This document shows, piece after piece, positions 48,432-60,985 of a stretch of DNA of 64,000 nucleotides (position 1 is the first letter of the stretch; each line of letters begins with the position of its first letter). Where the stretch lies: positions 124,001 to 188,000 of the forward strand of contig NIVC01001392.1 of NCBI GenBank assembly GCA_002269645.1. The letters are read 5' to 3'. A program made the position numbers and the translations under genes. The notes under the pieces are model-generated. The model did no database searches, was not told the DNA's origin, and saw only the letters and a program-made list of their open reading frames with translations. Origin of the DNA: Macrostomum lignano (taxonomy: Eukaryota).

Positions 48432-49913
48432 TCAGGGTCTCTGAGCTGGCTGCCTCTGAGAGGCGCCGCCGCCGCCGCTGCCGCTGCTTCCGTTGCCGCT
48501 GTGCAGCCGGACAGACAATGCGTCGATGAGTTCGCGCCGTTTCTGGGCGCTTCTCACCCGCTCCAGGCCGCTCTTGGGCCGCTGCGCCTCGAAGCCGAGC
48601 TGACCGCTGCCAAGCCAAGGACCCGCGTCCTCCTGGCCGCGCCGGCAGAACGGGACGCCACCCTCGCTGGCTCGGGTCGGAACCCGCAGCCTCGACACCA
48701 GCGCGGCCTCCTCCTCCTTGCCCCAGGTCTCCGCCGGTGCCGCCGGCTTCTCCACCGGTGCCTCCTTGGTGTCAGCCGTCGTCGCCGAGACACCGTCGGC
48801 GAGCTCCCCGCAGTGCCGACACTCCGGCCGCTGCTGCTTCTCGCCTTTGCCGTTTATCGCCAGCTTCTGCTGCCACTCAGCCGCCAGCTCCGGCATCTCC
48901 TGACAGAAAGGACAAACTCCGCCGCTGCCGCTGACGCCCTTGAACCGGCTGGACACCGTCGGCCTGCTCAGCTCGGCCAGCTGCATGTCCCGCCGATTCT
49001 CCCGCTCGTAGTCGCGCACGAACTCCGTGGCGTTGACGATCTCCCAGTCTGAGCGCAGCTGCTTGGCTTGCTGGTCCCGCTGCCGCTGCTGCAGCTCCTC
49101 GCGCTTCGCCCGGTAGCGCAGGCGGCCCAGCGCGCCAAACACCGCCGTCGACGCCACCGTCTGCTCGGCGCCGCCGCCGCCGTCCTGGTCCCGCCTGGCC
49201 GCCGTCCGGAACACCAGGCCGAACGGGCTGGCTCGCTGCTTGGCCGCCTCCTGCCGACGCTCCGGCGACTGCTTTGCCGCCGCCCGGTTCGCCAACCGGC
49301 TGAAGCCGATGACAGCGGACAGGCTGGGGCCCTGGCGCTGCTGCTGCTGCTGCTGCGGCTTCTCGGCTGGCGGCGGGAGCTGCGGCGGCGCCTTGGCAGC
49401 GGCGTTGATGTCGCGAATCGGCGCGTAGTCGGGCGACTCGCCGGCGCCGCGGCTGCACAGCCGGTGCGGGTCGAGGCCGCGCTGCTTGCACCGGCTGCTG
49501 AAGGTGTGCGACCGGCCGAGGCGGGCGAACAGCGCCCTGGAGTAGCTCTCGGCCGCCAGGAGGCGCCGCGGCCGGGAGTCCCGCCACAGGCTGGCCTGGT
49601 AGCGCTCGCAGACGGAGCCGTCCGAGTCGTCAACGCACGCATCGTCGTCGTCATCTTCCTCATTGTCCGCGCTGTCGTTGTCGACGCGCGACGCCGACGA
49701 GGCTGCAGCAGCGGCAGGAGCGGCAGAAGCCGGCCGACCTTCAGCTGCTGCCCCGCCGGCCCGATGCGAGCCGGAGGCCGCTGTAGCCGGCCGCTGCGGC
49801 GCAGTCAGGCGGGCCACAATGTCCCGCTGGCGGGGTCGGTCGACGGCCCCGAAGCCGTACATCTTCGCCGGCGCCTGCCGGGCCTGCAGCCGCATGAACA
49901 GGCCGCTGGCCAT
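48432..49913 (-). CDS. uncharacterised 493-aa protein (low complexity, coiled coil, CxxC...CxxC)
   Basis: 1.48-kb GC-rich ORF with ATG start, preceded by an acceptor-like TTGCTATAG; CPFC and CRHC pairs; charged helical segment. Confidence 0.7.
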   Translation of the reverse strand: MASGLFMRLQARQAPAKMYGFGAVDRPRQRDIVARLTAPQRPATAASGSHRAGGAAAEGRPASAAPAAAAASSASRVDNDSADNEEDDDDDACVDDSDGSVCERYQASLWRDSRPRRLLAAESYSRALFARLGRSHTFSSRCKQRGLDPHRLCSRGAGESPDYAPIRDINAAAKAPPQLPPPAEKPQQQQQQRQGPSLSAVIGFSRLANRAAAKQSPERRQEAAKQRASPFGLVFRTAARRDQDGGGGAEQTVASTAVFGALGRLRYRAKREELQQRQRDQQAKQLRSDWEIVNATEFVRDYERENRRDMQLAELSRPTVSSRFKGVSGSGGVCPFCQEMPELAAEWQQKLAINGKGEKQQRPECRHCGELADGVSATTADTKEAPVEKPAAPAETWGKEEEAALVSRLRVPTRASEGGVPFCRRGQEDAGPWLGSGQLGFEAQRPKSGLERVRSAQKRRELIDALSVRLHSGNGSSGSGGGGASQRQPAQRP

Positions 49914-50412
49914 CGTAGCTTCGGACGGTTACTATAGCAACTAATTCAGCTGCGAAATTGAGCTCTTTTTTCCAGCCTCTGGTGCTGCAATTATAGCAGC
50001 TTATTTTTTAGCTTTTCTTTCACCGCCTTCCAGCGCCACCCCTCCTCTCTCTCTATTATTTTCTCTCTCTCTCTCCTCCTCTGTCGCTCGTGGCCATTCC
50101 GGGGGCTGTCGATTGGAGGGGAGGCGCTGGCTCAGCGGCCCGAGGGCCACCTGCTTTCCATTCGGCTATTTTTTTCGCACTACGGCCGCCTTTCTGTGTC
50201 TGGCCACGCTCGCACTTCTGCCAACGCTCAACTCAACTGCTCAGACTGCATGTCATCCAGTTACTGCTGCAGTTACTGCTGCGAATTCTGGCGCTTGGCA
50301 ACAATTGGTGTTGAGATAATAGCACTCTTAATGCATACCAGCGCTCTGCCTACCTATTCATTCGCCTCCCTACTTACCAGTAGGGAGGCCTACTTACCAC
50401 TAGCTGTGTAGC

Positions 50413-50582
<170 letters not shown>

Positions 50583-51109
50583 CCTGTGTATCACCATAAA
50601 ACATTTTAAATTCATTGGAACTAACCTGGATGCAATATTAAAAAATAATTCGATTCAAAGAGGCAACAGTATTGGTTTGTACTGAACAAATGTAATTGAA
50701 AGTCACAGCCTAAAGCACGTAGAAGCTCAAGTGCAAGGCAGCAAGCTTTTTTCAAAGCCGATATCAATGAGCAAAAGTTCAAAAAAGGTCTTCAATACGC
50801 TAAAGCAAATTCCGGGCATAGTTTAAAAGTAGTTAGTGAACTATAACAAAAATATTTCTGCATCGCTATAAAGCCAAAGCAATAGGAACAAATATGAGAC
50901 AATTTGGGCAGATGTTAGAATAAAAATCAGGATATTCTAATCTAAAAGTCTGTCAATAGATATTAACAAAATTTATATTTTATTAATAAACCAATTAGGT
51001 TCATTTAGACAGTCACTTGCACAGATACTAGAAAACAAAAATAAATAAATAAGGTTTACAGCTTCTAATGGTCCAATTGTAAAAATATGCCTGCTTTGGA
51101 AGGACCACA

Positions 51110-51405
51110 ATTATAATCACAATCATAATCATAATCATAATCATAATCACAATCATAATCATAATCATAATCACAATCATAATCATAATCATAATCATAA
51201 TCATAATTATAATCATAATCGTAATCATAATCATAATCATAATCACAATCATAATCATAATCATAATCATAATCATAATCATAATCATAATCATAATCAC
51301 AATCATAATCATAATCATAATTATAATCATAATCGTAATCATGATTAATCATAATCATAATCATAATCATAGTCATAATCATAATCATAGTCATAGTCCA
51401 TAATC
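51110..51405. repeat. (AATCAT)n microsatellite just downstream of a stop codon
   Basis: Direct reading. Confidence 0.95.
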
Positions 51406-51428
51406 ACAATCTAATTCGTAATAATAAA

Positions 51429-54327
51429 TCACTTCAACGAGCAGCTCCAATTGATGGGGTTGTACTTCAGCTGCTCCCGGTCGAACTGAAGCTCTCGCTG
51501 CCGTTCGGCTCGGAGGCGCTGCGCCTTCTCCTCCATCATCTGCATCGGCGGTTGTGACGCGGGGGGAGGGGGGTTCTGTTATGCCGATGAGCAACTGGCA
51601 GTTGTTACTTTGAGTAGAATAGAAACAGTTTGTGGCCTATCAATTTATTTGACTTTATTTGTACTCTTTGCAACCAATACTTGGCTGGCTGTATTATGTG
51701 ATAATCAGGATGCTCACTGGAAACTCGCACTGGATTAGAGCCGAATGAAACCCTCATGATCCCCTCATGATCCCCTCATGATCCCTCATGATCCCCTCAT
51801 ATTCCCTCATGATCCCCTCATATTCCCTCATGATCCCCTCATAATCCCTAATGATCCCCTCATGATCCCTCATGATCCCCTCATAATCCCTCATAATCCC
51901 TCATGATCCCTTCATAATACCTCAAGATCCCCTCATAATCCCTCATGATCCCCTCATATTCCCTCATGATCCCCTCATATTCCCTCATGATCCCCTCATA
52001 TTCCCTCATGATCCCCTCATATTCCCTCATGATCCCCTCATATTCCCTCATGATCCCCTCATATTCCCTCATGATCCCCTCATAATCCCTCATGATCCCC
52101 TCATATTCCCTCATGATCCCCTCATATTCCCTCATGATCCCCTCATGATCCCTCATGATCCCCTCATATTCCCTCATGATCCCTCATATTCCCTCATGAT
52201 CCCCTCATATTCCCTCATGATCCCCTCATATTCCCTCATGATCCCCTCATAATCACTCATGATCCCCTCATGTTCCCTCATGATCCCCTCATAATCCCTC
52301 ATGATCCCCTCATGTTCCCTCATGATCCCCTCATATTCCCTCATGATCCCCTCATGATCCCTCATGATCCCCTCATGATCCCTCATGATACCATCATGAT
52401 TCCCTCATAAACTATCATGATCCTCTTAAGACCCCTTCCTCTTGATGCCATCATAATCCCTGCATGGGATTGATACCAACCCCGTGACCTACTTGGATTG
52501 TGTAGATCACGACCCTCATGACCTAAACTGAATAGGAAGCTAAACGACCCTCATGACCCAAACTGAATGGGGAGCTAAATGACCCACCAAGCAGATCCAT
52601 AAAAGACCCTCATACCATTTTATTGGCGTCCCGGTACTGCGTGAGGAACTGGTGCTTAGAGGCCCTCTGCACCTGTTCGCTCTCGATGTCCTGCCGATCG
52701 CGTGAAAAAGCAACGGAACTCTCTGTGGGAATTATGAGTCATGCAGTTGGAGAGTTGTCTAATCATAATAATCCCCCACCTTTCATCATTTTAATAATCC
52801 CCCTGGGGATTTCGCTTGAAAATTTCCTATTAGAGTTCCCCTGAGGATTCCCCCAAGGATTTCCCTTGTGGATTTCCCCCTGAAAATTTGCCATTAGGAT
52901 TTCCCCTGAGGATTTCCATGAGGATTTCCCTTAAAAATTTCCCATTAGGATTTCTATGAGGATTTCCCCCAAGGATTTTCTCTGAGGATTTCCTTGAGGA
53001 TTTCCCTGAGGATTTCCCCAAAGGATTTCCCATGAAAATTTCCCATTAGGATTTCTATGAGGATTTCCCTGAGGATTTCCCTAAAGGATTTCCATTAGGA
53101 TTTCCATTGAAAATTTCCCATTAGGATTTCCATGAGGATTTCCCCCAAGGATTTTCCCTGAGGATTTCCCGTGAGGATTTTCCCATAGAATTTCCCCAGA
53201 GGATTTCCCATTAGTTAGCATTTTGTCGGTGGATTTTCACAGAAGAATTCTCCTAAAGATTCGCCTTACCCTGCGCCTTCTCCCGAAAAACTCGCCGGTT
53301 CTTCTCGTCGCTGTCGCGCATCTGCTGCTTCAAGCCCTCGCGAAAGTACCGGCTGGAACCGATATGATTTACTGGCAGATTAAATATTGCTTTTGACACG
53401 GTTATCTTATCTATCCGTATTGTTCGGAATGGGTCGAGAATCGAACCCCCGACCTTTCAGTCGTACGTGTAAGTTCGACGCTTTAACCACTAGGCTACAA
53501 CTTTCAGACATTGACGTTGATTTTACGAACTAGCTTCAAGGCGAGTAAAGTAGAAGGAATGTAAAAATCTCCCTCCGGGTTTTAGTAAATTAGACGATTG
53601 CAGCCCCCCATGGGGTCTATATTCTCCCTCCGGAATTTAGTAAATTAGACGATTGCAGCCCCCCATGGGGTCTATATTCTCCCTTCGGATTTTAGTAAAT
53701 TAGACGATTGCAGCCCCCCATGGGGTCTATATTCTCCCTTCGGATTTTAGTAAATTAGACGATTGCAGCCCCCCATGGGGTCTATATTCTCCCTTCGGAT
53801 TTTAGTAAATTAGACGAGTGCAATCCCCATGGGGTCTATATTCTCCCTCCGGAATTTAGTAAATTAGACGAGTGCAGCCCCCCCCCCATGGGGTCTATAT
53901 TCTCCCTCCGGAATTTAGTAAATAAGATGAACACAACGAACCCCCAATCCATATTCTCCCCCGACACCTACTTGTGCAGCTCCTTTTCAGCCACCGAGCC
54001 GTAATAATAGCGGCTCCAGGCGTTGTGGAACCTGTGGAACTGCTTTCTCTCCAGCATGGCCAGCCGCTGCTGGTTTTGATAGTGCGGATCGCCGGTCTCC
54101 GTCACGCAGGTCATCCGTTCCGGCGGCTGCGGCCTCAGCGGGTTCACCCGTTTGGGAATCGGGACATCGGCCGGCGGGTCAGGCGGGTACGGATCGTAAA
54201 CGGAGGGCACGGGCATTCGGGCTGCCTCCGAGTGCACCTGGCAGCGCCTGGGCTGCGGTGGTGGCGGCTGCCGCACCACCTGCATTATTGGTGAGGGCAC
54301 GCCTGGCGGCTGGCTGAAGGTCGCCAT
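51429..54327 (-). CDS. uncharacterised 218-aa Pro-rich/coiled-coil protein; exons 54327-53972, 53352-53270, 52722-52616, 51539-51429
   Basis: Four GC-rich exons joined by GT-AG introns in phases 2,1,0 give ...RYYYGSVAEKELHNRYFREGLKQQMRD...KAQESSVAFSRD...QYRDANKMMMEEKAQRL...YNPINWSCSLK*. Confidence 0.8.
51750..52410. repeat. 10/11-bp (21-bp composite) minisatellite ATCCCCTCATATTCCCTCATG, intronic
   Basis: Direct reading. Confidence 0.9.
52800..53215. repeat. degenerate GAGGATTTCCC-type repeat, intronic
   Basis: Repeated GGATTTCCC core. Confidence 0.75.
53428..53500 (-). pseudogene. tRNA-derived pseudogene/SINE head (Val-TAC-like loop)
   Basis: A-box TAGCCTAGTGG, loop CTTACAC, B-box GGTTCGATTCT; the acceptor stem does not pair, so it is not a functional tRNA. 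Confidence 0.6.
53569..53925. repeat. 55-bp tandem repeat, ~6.5 copies, containing the palindrome CCCCATGGGG
   Basis: TTTAGTAAAT at 53581 and 53636 (period 55). Confidence 0.95.
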
Positions 54328-55913
54328 GACAACTCGTACTTGCAGAACAATATAGAGGCTTGCTAGCTGTCTGGCTGGCTGAAAATGATTGGCGTGGAGT
54401 GTTGAGTTTGAGTTAGTTTTTCTGTTAATATTATCTGGTGAAATTTTGCACTCTTAAATCTACTGACGCTAGCACAGCGCTCAACTCCTGTTGTACACTT
54501 CTACATATACTGTGCTATTGGCTGTGTCGCACTAATCAATGCTTAAGCTAAAGTACCAATTTAGCTATTTAGCAACCCTATTTAGCTTGGCCGATGTCGG
54601 GGATCGAGCCCAGGCCTACTGACTCCTAGTAGTAGCAAATGCACGATCTCGAAATCACGATGCCCTCCTACTGTAATAAAAAACTTCTGAATTCTAGTTT
54701 TAATTAACCACCAAAGTTCACAGGTAATAGCAGACAGAATGAAATTTATTATGTCAACTCACATTGAAAAGCTTCTGATCGAGTCGACTGTCGACGATTA
54801 GTCTACTATCAAGTTTGTTAAAATTGAATTCGAAGCCAGATGAGCACTGGGCTGCTCAAGTTGCAGGATTGGCGGATAAGAATGCTCTTTTTTTCGCTCT
54901 CAACACAGCTGTCTATGCGCGCTGCTCTCTCACCTTTCCCACAAGTTCTGTGCGGCTCTAGCTAGTGTATTTCTATAGTCCCGTGCCACTCTCAGTTGCC
55001 AAGGAGTAAAAATTGCGGTCTCGGAGTGGGGCTGGAAGAGACACAAAGCGTGCGTTAGAGAGAGAGAGAGAGGGGGGAGAGAGAGAGAGATGAAAAGATG
55101 GAGTCTGAATGATGCGGCAAGCTGAGCTATGCTTTTTTGCCCCTATAGCAAACCAACTGACCAATGTTATATTGCTATTGGCTATAATATAAATTTTGGG
55201 CATGGGAGGCAGCTGGAAGAGTGGGGGGGCACAGTTGAGGCAGGAGTGTGAGCAGAGGCCCACGCAATGCAGTCGTTAAAAGATATGCGAGTCTGACCAA
55301 AACTTGAAGACGCGGGAAAAAGACGCGCAGAAGCTGGAAGGGTGCAGGGTGGTGGTTGGTAGGGGGGGGGGGCTCGGGGAGTTATTGTGTGCAAACTTGA
55401 GCGCGCGCGCTGTTTGTGTGCTCAAACAGCAGCCCTACCTATTGTTGGTCTTTTTCTTGCCATCTCTAACTTTAAAGACTACAGTATGCTGGCTTCCCTT
55501 AGCTCTCTCCTGGGCTGAAAGCAGACGGTCTGTCCCAACTGCCCCAGCTATTATTACAGACTGAAAGATTATCTCCTTAAACTGCAGCAGCACTCTGTAG
55601 CCATGGCAACTACTGCTGGGGCAGGAATGGCTGTATTTTGGTGAAGAATTAAAACCTTTTATGTGTGACTTCTAAATTCAGGGATCTGCTTGGGGGATAA
55701 ATTGCATGGATAGGTTTAATTACAGAGAGTTTAATCTGCGTTCCTATGGAAACGTAGAAATTCTAGAAACTTCTATAGAATTTCTAGAAACACCAATACA
55801 TGTAGTTATATCATCGGTGTTTTCTAAAGTTCTAGTGTAAAGATCTCTCGATAATTATGGAAGTTCTACCGTGGGCTGATATGGCGCGGACACTGAAGTG
55901 GAGTCAATTAACG

Positions 55914-56050
55914 GACAAAAATTCGACTTGGGATAGGGGAGAACAAGCAAGGGCCTAATTAGGAACTCCATTTTATGAGCTTAAGTTCATATAATAGTCC
56001 CTAATTATCTTCCTTGCTTGTTCTCCTCTATCCCAAGTCTAATTTTTGTC
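55914..56050. mobile_element. 137-bp near-perfect hairpin (short MITE-like element)
   Basis: GACAAAAATTCGACTTGGGATAGGGGAGAACAAGCAAGG versus right-arm rc GACAAAAATTAGACTTGGGATAGAGGAGAACAAGCAAGG. Confidence 0.6.
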
Positions 56051-56338
56051 GCCTTTTGGCCAAACCCAGCTTCCTAGTTTCACCGTGAGCAGAATGCATA
56101 TGACGTATCATTTGTGTACATATAGGTTAATTGGGCTCCACTTTATGCAGAGCTTAAGTTGACAGGCCCTTTGGGTGTTGTATTTGAGGCTTAATTTAGT
56201 GGGTGAATGAGATCAGGCTCAAGTACGCTAGTAAAAAGGAAAAGTTGATTGCTGTTATATACGAGCTGTGCCATAGACAGCATCATTCGTCTGTCCTGGC
56301 GTTAAACACACATCCAACAAGTGCTTCTTATATTTCAG

Positions 56339-58515
56339 CAAATTTGCACAGAAACACGCGCGCCGCAAATGCTACCCGAGCAGCAGCCGGCCGACAGCGC
56401 CAGCAGACGGCGCCAGCGCCAAATGCTGCGGCGCCATCTAAGCGACAGAAGAGGCTACAAAGCCGGCTGCGGCGACAGGTCGAGCCGTCTACAGGCCAAC
56501 TTGTATAGGTTCCTGGGCGAGCGCCCATCGGCCGAGATGCAATCCTTGCGCACGGATGAGAGAGACGGTAAGACCGACTGTTTCCCTCTAAATCCGGTAA
56601 AACTCTAGCCAGGATTTCCAAGGATTTTAAGCACAGGAGTTTTTGGATTAAGTATTGCACTTTAAACGACATTGTCGCGGATAACCGGCGAGACGCCGTG
56701 AGAGGCATTACTGCCCGTTCCGCCGACTCCCCTGAGCAGGCGGCACACACTCACACAGGAGTGTACAGCGGTCCAACTTTATTTATCGTTAGGCATGTAC
56801 ACTTCACTGCGCCTTGGGATTGGGGGTTGTAGGGGGTTGCATGCATGGTCTTTCCTGCCTCATTGTTATTGGCTAGAGTTTATTCATAAAGTAGGCATGT
56901 ACACTTTGGCAGTTCTCTCTCTCCCCCTAGTCCCCTATCAGAGCCCACGGCGCGCGTAAATTGTTCAAAATTTTCTTTCTCCAGTCACCCACCTCACGCC
57001 GCGCTGGGACACTCCTTTTTAATTACCGGTCAAACAGCGTTGTAATCTAGTGGTTAGAGCATCGGACTGAAGGTTTGGGGGGGGGGGTCGATTCCCCGAT
57101 CCCACAGCAAACAAATTTGTGTCCTTGAGCAAGACACTTAACTCTGCATTGCTTCAGTTCACCCAGCTGTAAAATGGGTGCCAGCATTAGCTGGGTTAAT
57201 TGAGGGTGTGTGTGACGACCCTCCAGTCGTCGGCCTGAACAGCCGTACGCAGCCTTCAGATGCGCCGCGCAATAGCTGCGGCTGAGCTGTCGGTTGCACA
57301 TCTGCCTATTAGCCAAACAGCTACTCCAGTTATTTTATCAAAACTAGGCAAAACTAACGTCAATAAGCCGGAGAGGCGCGATGTCCTGCTAGGAGCAATA
57401 GAATCGCTTCAGCGCCTGTCCATGGAGCCCGCGAACACTACCCTGCTGTCCGGCAGCAACGCCAATGGCTGCACGGAGCCACACAAGCCATTACTGTCCG
57501 ACAATGGCCATGAGCTGACGGAGCAAGCTCAACTACTGGGCGACAATCTGCGCTACCTGGCATTGGCCTGCAACCCGGCGGTCACGCGCGCCAGACCAGG
57601 CAGATCGAGCTGCGCTGGAGCCGAGATCACCCAGCGAATCACCGGCGCTCGACGCAAGATTGATAGGCTGCTGCGGCAGCTGAGCGGCCTCGAGTCCGGC
57701 TGCTGCACTGCCCGCGCTTCCGCACCTGTTGACGGCGCTCCCTGCCAGCAGGATCCATTGTTCTGGCGCTTCCCCGCCTGCGAGTCGGCTGGCGCGTCCG
57801 ATAAGTCGCAAGTGCGGCACCACGAGTGCAGCCAGAAACTGAGACTGAGACGCGGACGTCGACAGCAACGTCAGGACGACCCGGTGGCTCAGCAGATGGC
57901 CCTGTCCAAGACTGCGCTAATCGGCGATCCGGTGTTTCAGGTCAACTGCTTCGGTCAGGAGCACAGGTGCGCGGATGCATGGTTTTTAAAGCTTCTTAAA
58001 ATAACAGGTGATTTATATAATAATTGGTCCGATAACTAATGTAATTACCGCCCAAAAGGTGGGGACGCATGACGCTGCCAACAATTAGTGCCGGTCTCAA
58101 CGCTGCAGACCGGCTCGGCCGCAAAAATTTGCACCGTCGCCGTTTGACTGAACACCGCGATGCAGTTCGCGCCGAAATTGTTGACTTTGCCAACAGGATG
58201 GAAGAAAAATGGGAAGCATTTGAAGACGATCGTATGGATAAGTCTATTGATGCTGCTTGTCGGAGGCTGCGCCGAGCGCTTCGTCTTGGTCCGAAACGGA
58301 AGTCAAAGAAGCAACGACGACCTGCGCTGCACACACAGCTGCCAACACCAACCCCGCAGTGCTCAGCCGAGTTTGTTTCGCAAACGAATGGGCTACCTTC
58401 TATGATGGATATTTCTGAAGGCGCTTCAAATAATGTTCTTCAATCAGGTAACAGAAGTCTACGTCGCGTCAAAACCTACGTGTGTAGTTTGGGGGAAGAC
58501 CAAAATATGCTGTAA
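56339..58515 (+). CDS. uncharacterised protein; candidate exons 56339-56567, 57393-57966, 58059-58515
   Basis: Three GC-rich ORF segments joined by phase-consistent GT-AG junctions (GACG|GTAAGA..CTAG|GA; CACAG|GTGCGC..AAAG|G); no recognisable domain; ends uncertain. Confidence 0.5.
57038..57255 (+). mobile_element. CORE-type (MIR-like) tRNA-derived SINE, intronic
   Basis: A-box TAATCTAGTGG, B-box GGTCGATTCC, then TGTGTCCTTGAGCAAGACACTTAACTC...CAGTT...CTGTAAAATGGG, matching the MIR/CORE domain layout. Confidence 0.75.
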
Positions 58516-60848
58516 TAAAACAGTAAAAATCTCTATCCTAAGAGTCATGATCACCACAATCCCCATTCCATCGGTTCGATACGCCCAAAGTTTTATAGTG
58601 TCCGATGTGTTAAATAATAACAGTTTTCTTGAATCTTCAATGATGACATTTTCATGTCTTATACGTACAACTTTGGTGAATTACGAAGAAAGCATCCATT
58701 CGATCCTTGCTCAAAATCAAATAAGAAAAAGGGAAGCGTATGACAAAGATCGTACCAAGGACCCCTGTAGTACATTTATAACAAACTAAACGTACAGTTT
58801 ATACCTCTACAGTGGTCCTTGGATCGCTCAGCCAGGGATGATAAGCAGGGTCCATGAGAATTGCCAGCAGAATTGCCCGCATTGCCCGCCGAGCTTCCGA
58901 CGCAGTGCATGCTTTTGCGACGCGTTTTGCCCCCAATGCTTACGCTAAGGAGAGATACAGGGGTAATAAAATTACAGGGGTATTATACAGAGATTTATAA
59001 GCAGTCTTAATAAAGAGATTTAGGAGATAATGCATATGCATGAATTATAACAGCTCACCGATGTAACCCCCTACATGCGTATAGAAAATGCACAAAATGG
59101 GGATGAAAATGTAGCAAAATGCGCTGTTGGAAAAAAAGCATTGTGGGGCAAACCTCGGCGGGAAAAATCTGCAGGAAATTCGTTCGCGGGTAGTTCACTC
59201 GCGGGCAAATTGCAGTGTGGGAAAATTTCGGAGAGCAGTTCTCGGCGGTCGCTCGTCGGGCAATTTTCACTCACGGGCAAAATATACACGCACTGCATGC
59301 GGGCAAATCTCGACGGGAAAATCTCGGTGGGAAATTCATCTGTGAGCGATTCTCGTGCTCCCGATAACCAATATTTTATTATGTTGTCCACATGAAGACA
59401 TGCAGACATTTACGGAGTTAATTTATTCGAAAAAAACGCTTTGGCTATGCTAAAACAAATAATTCCAAGCAGCATATGTGATGCGGCAAGGAATTAGTGT
59501 ATAATTAAATTTTATAATACTTTTTAAGGTTCTTAATTATTATTGGGTGTTATTAGATGCGTTAATTTTTTACTTACAGTGCTTTTAAATTTAGAATATT
59601 TCTTTGCAAAATCTTGTAAAGTTTGTTTAAGAAGTCCCTTCCCTCGTGCCTCGTATACTTGAGACTGCAGATGGAGAGCCATCTTATGGAGGAGATGGAG
59701 AGCCATCTTATGGAGAGCCAGATGGACATCTTAGTAGGCTAAATATAACATAAGAATAAGATTACTCCGTTTGTTAGTAACACTGTAGTAATTTTACAAA
59801 AATTTTAAGAACTCAAGTAAAGACGTAAAGTTGTATTTTTAGTTTCTGAAAATTTTCAGACATGCTTTCTTTAAAAGGTGTTAATCTGATGCAATGCCAA
59901 AGTTATTTTGGTCGATCCATTTTTACCGATCTGTTGATCTAGACCGTGTGATATCTATGAGTATGTTAAAACTTAAAAGCTAGGATATTGAACATGTACG
60001 GTGTGTACCATGTATCATTTTGATATTTTCAATAATTTTTTATAATCATTAACTTTACACTTTCACTTTCAGATAACTGCAGCTTCGAATGGGAAGTTTA
60101 ACAGCTTTGCAGTAGAGGATGGGTCTAAATTTTCTTATTTCTATTATTAAAACTGATGGTGATGCTTCCAGTTTCTAAAAATGACATGACAATGCCAATG
60201 GCATAAAATGTCTTGAATGACTTTTATCAGAACTATCCTATAACAATCAATGTTTTCAACCATTATAAACTTGATGTGAAAATATAAGAATGCAACATAA
60301 AAAGTATTTTCTTTAACTAAAATATGAAAAAGAAAATTTTTTGAAAATACCATTTTACCAAGACATTTGACTTTGTGATTTATTCATAACTTGAACTTTT
60401 TCATGTTCAAAGGATTTAAAATTTTATAAAACTTGCTTTAGGCCTATATATTATTAAATTAGATCATTTTTTGTCATTTTGTAGCCCCCCTATAGGCCTA
60501 GTAGGGAGGCCTTGGTATTTATTTGATTTAGGCCTATTATTTCTCATTTCTAGTTTATTAATCTGCTACCAATTTGTTAATTAAATAGACAAAAAGCCTT
60601 TTCTTAGTAAGCCTATTGTAATATTTTCACAAATTCATTTTTGAGGGCTTTTTTATTTTGAAGACATCAGGCTATATATATTTTTATTAATTTCTAAACT
60701 GGTAATAAAATGTTTTTACTAGGGCCTACCTGATGGCAATTTAGGCTACTTTGTTAAAATGCCACACTTAGAGACATGGCAACTGTGTCTATAATGCAGA
60801 AACTTATAGACTCAGTGGCCGTGTCAATGAAACTTGCATGGCAGCCAT

Positions 60849-60955
60849 GTTGTTAATATTGAATGGGTTCACACTTAGAGACATGGTGGGTGGCCCTGTC
60901 ATTAATATTGAATGGGTTCACACTTAGAGACATGGTAGGTGGCCCTGTCTCTAAT
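60849..60955. repeat. ~46-bp tandem duplication
   Basis: TAATATTGAATGGGTTCACACTTAGAGACATGGT repeated. Confidence 0.8.
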
Positions 60956-60985
60956 ATTGGAGATTATAGGCATGGCTACCATCGC

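Noticed and set aside
53428-53500. Functional tRNA-Val
   Set aside because: The acceptor stem cannot pair and the anticodon stem is imperfect; kept as pseudogene/SINE.
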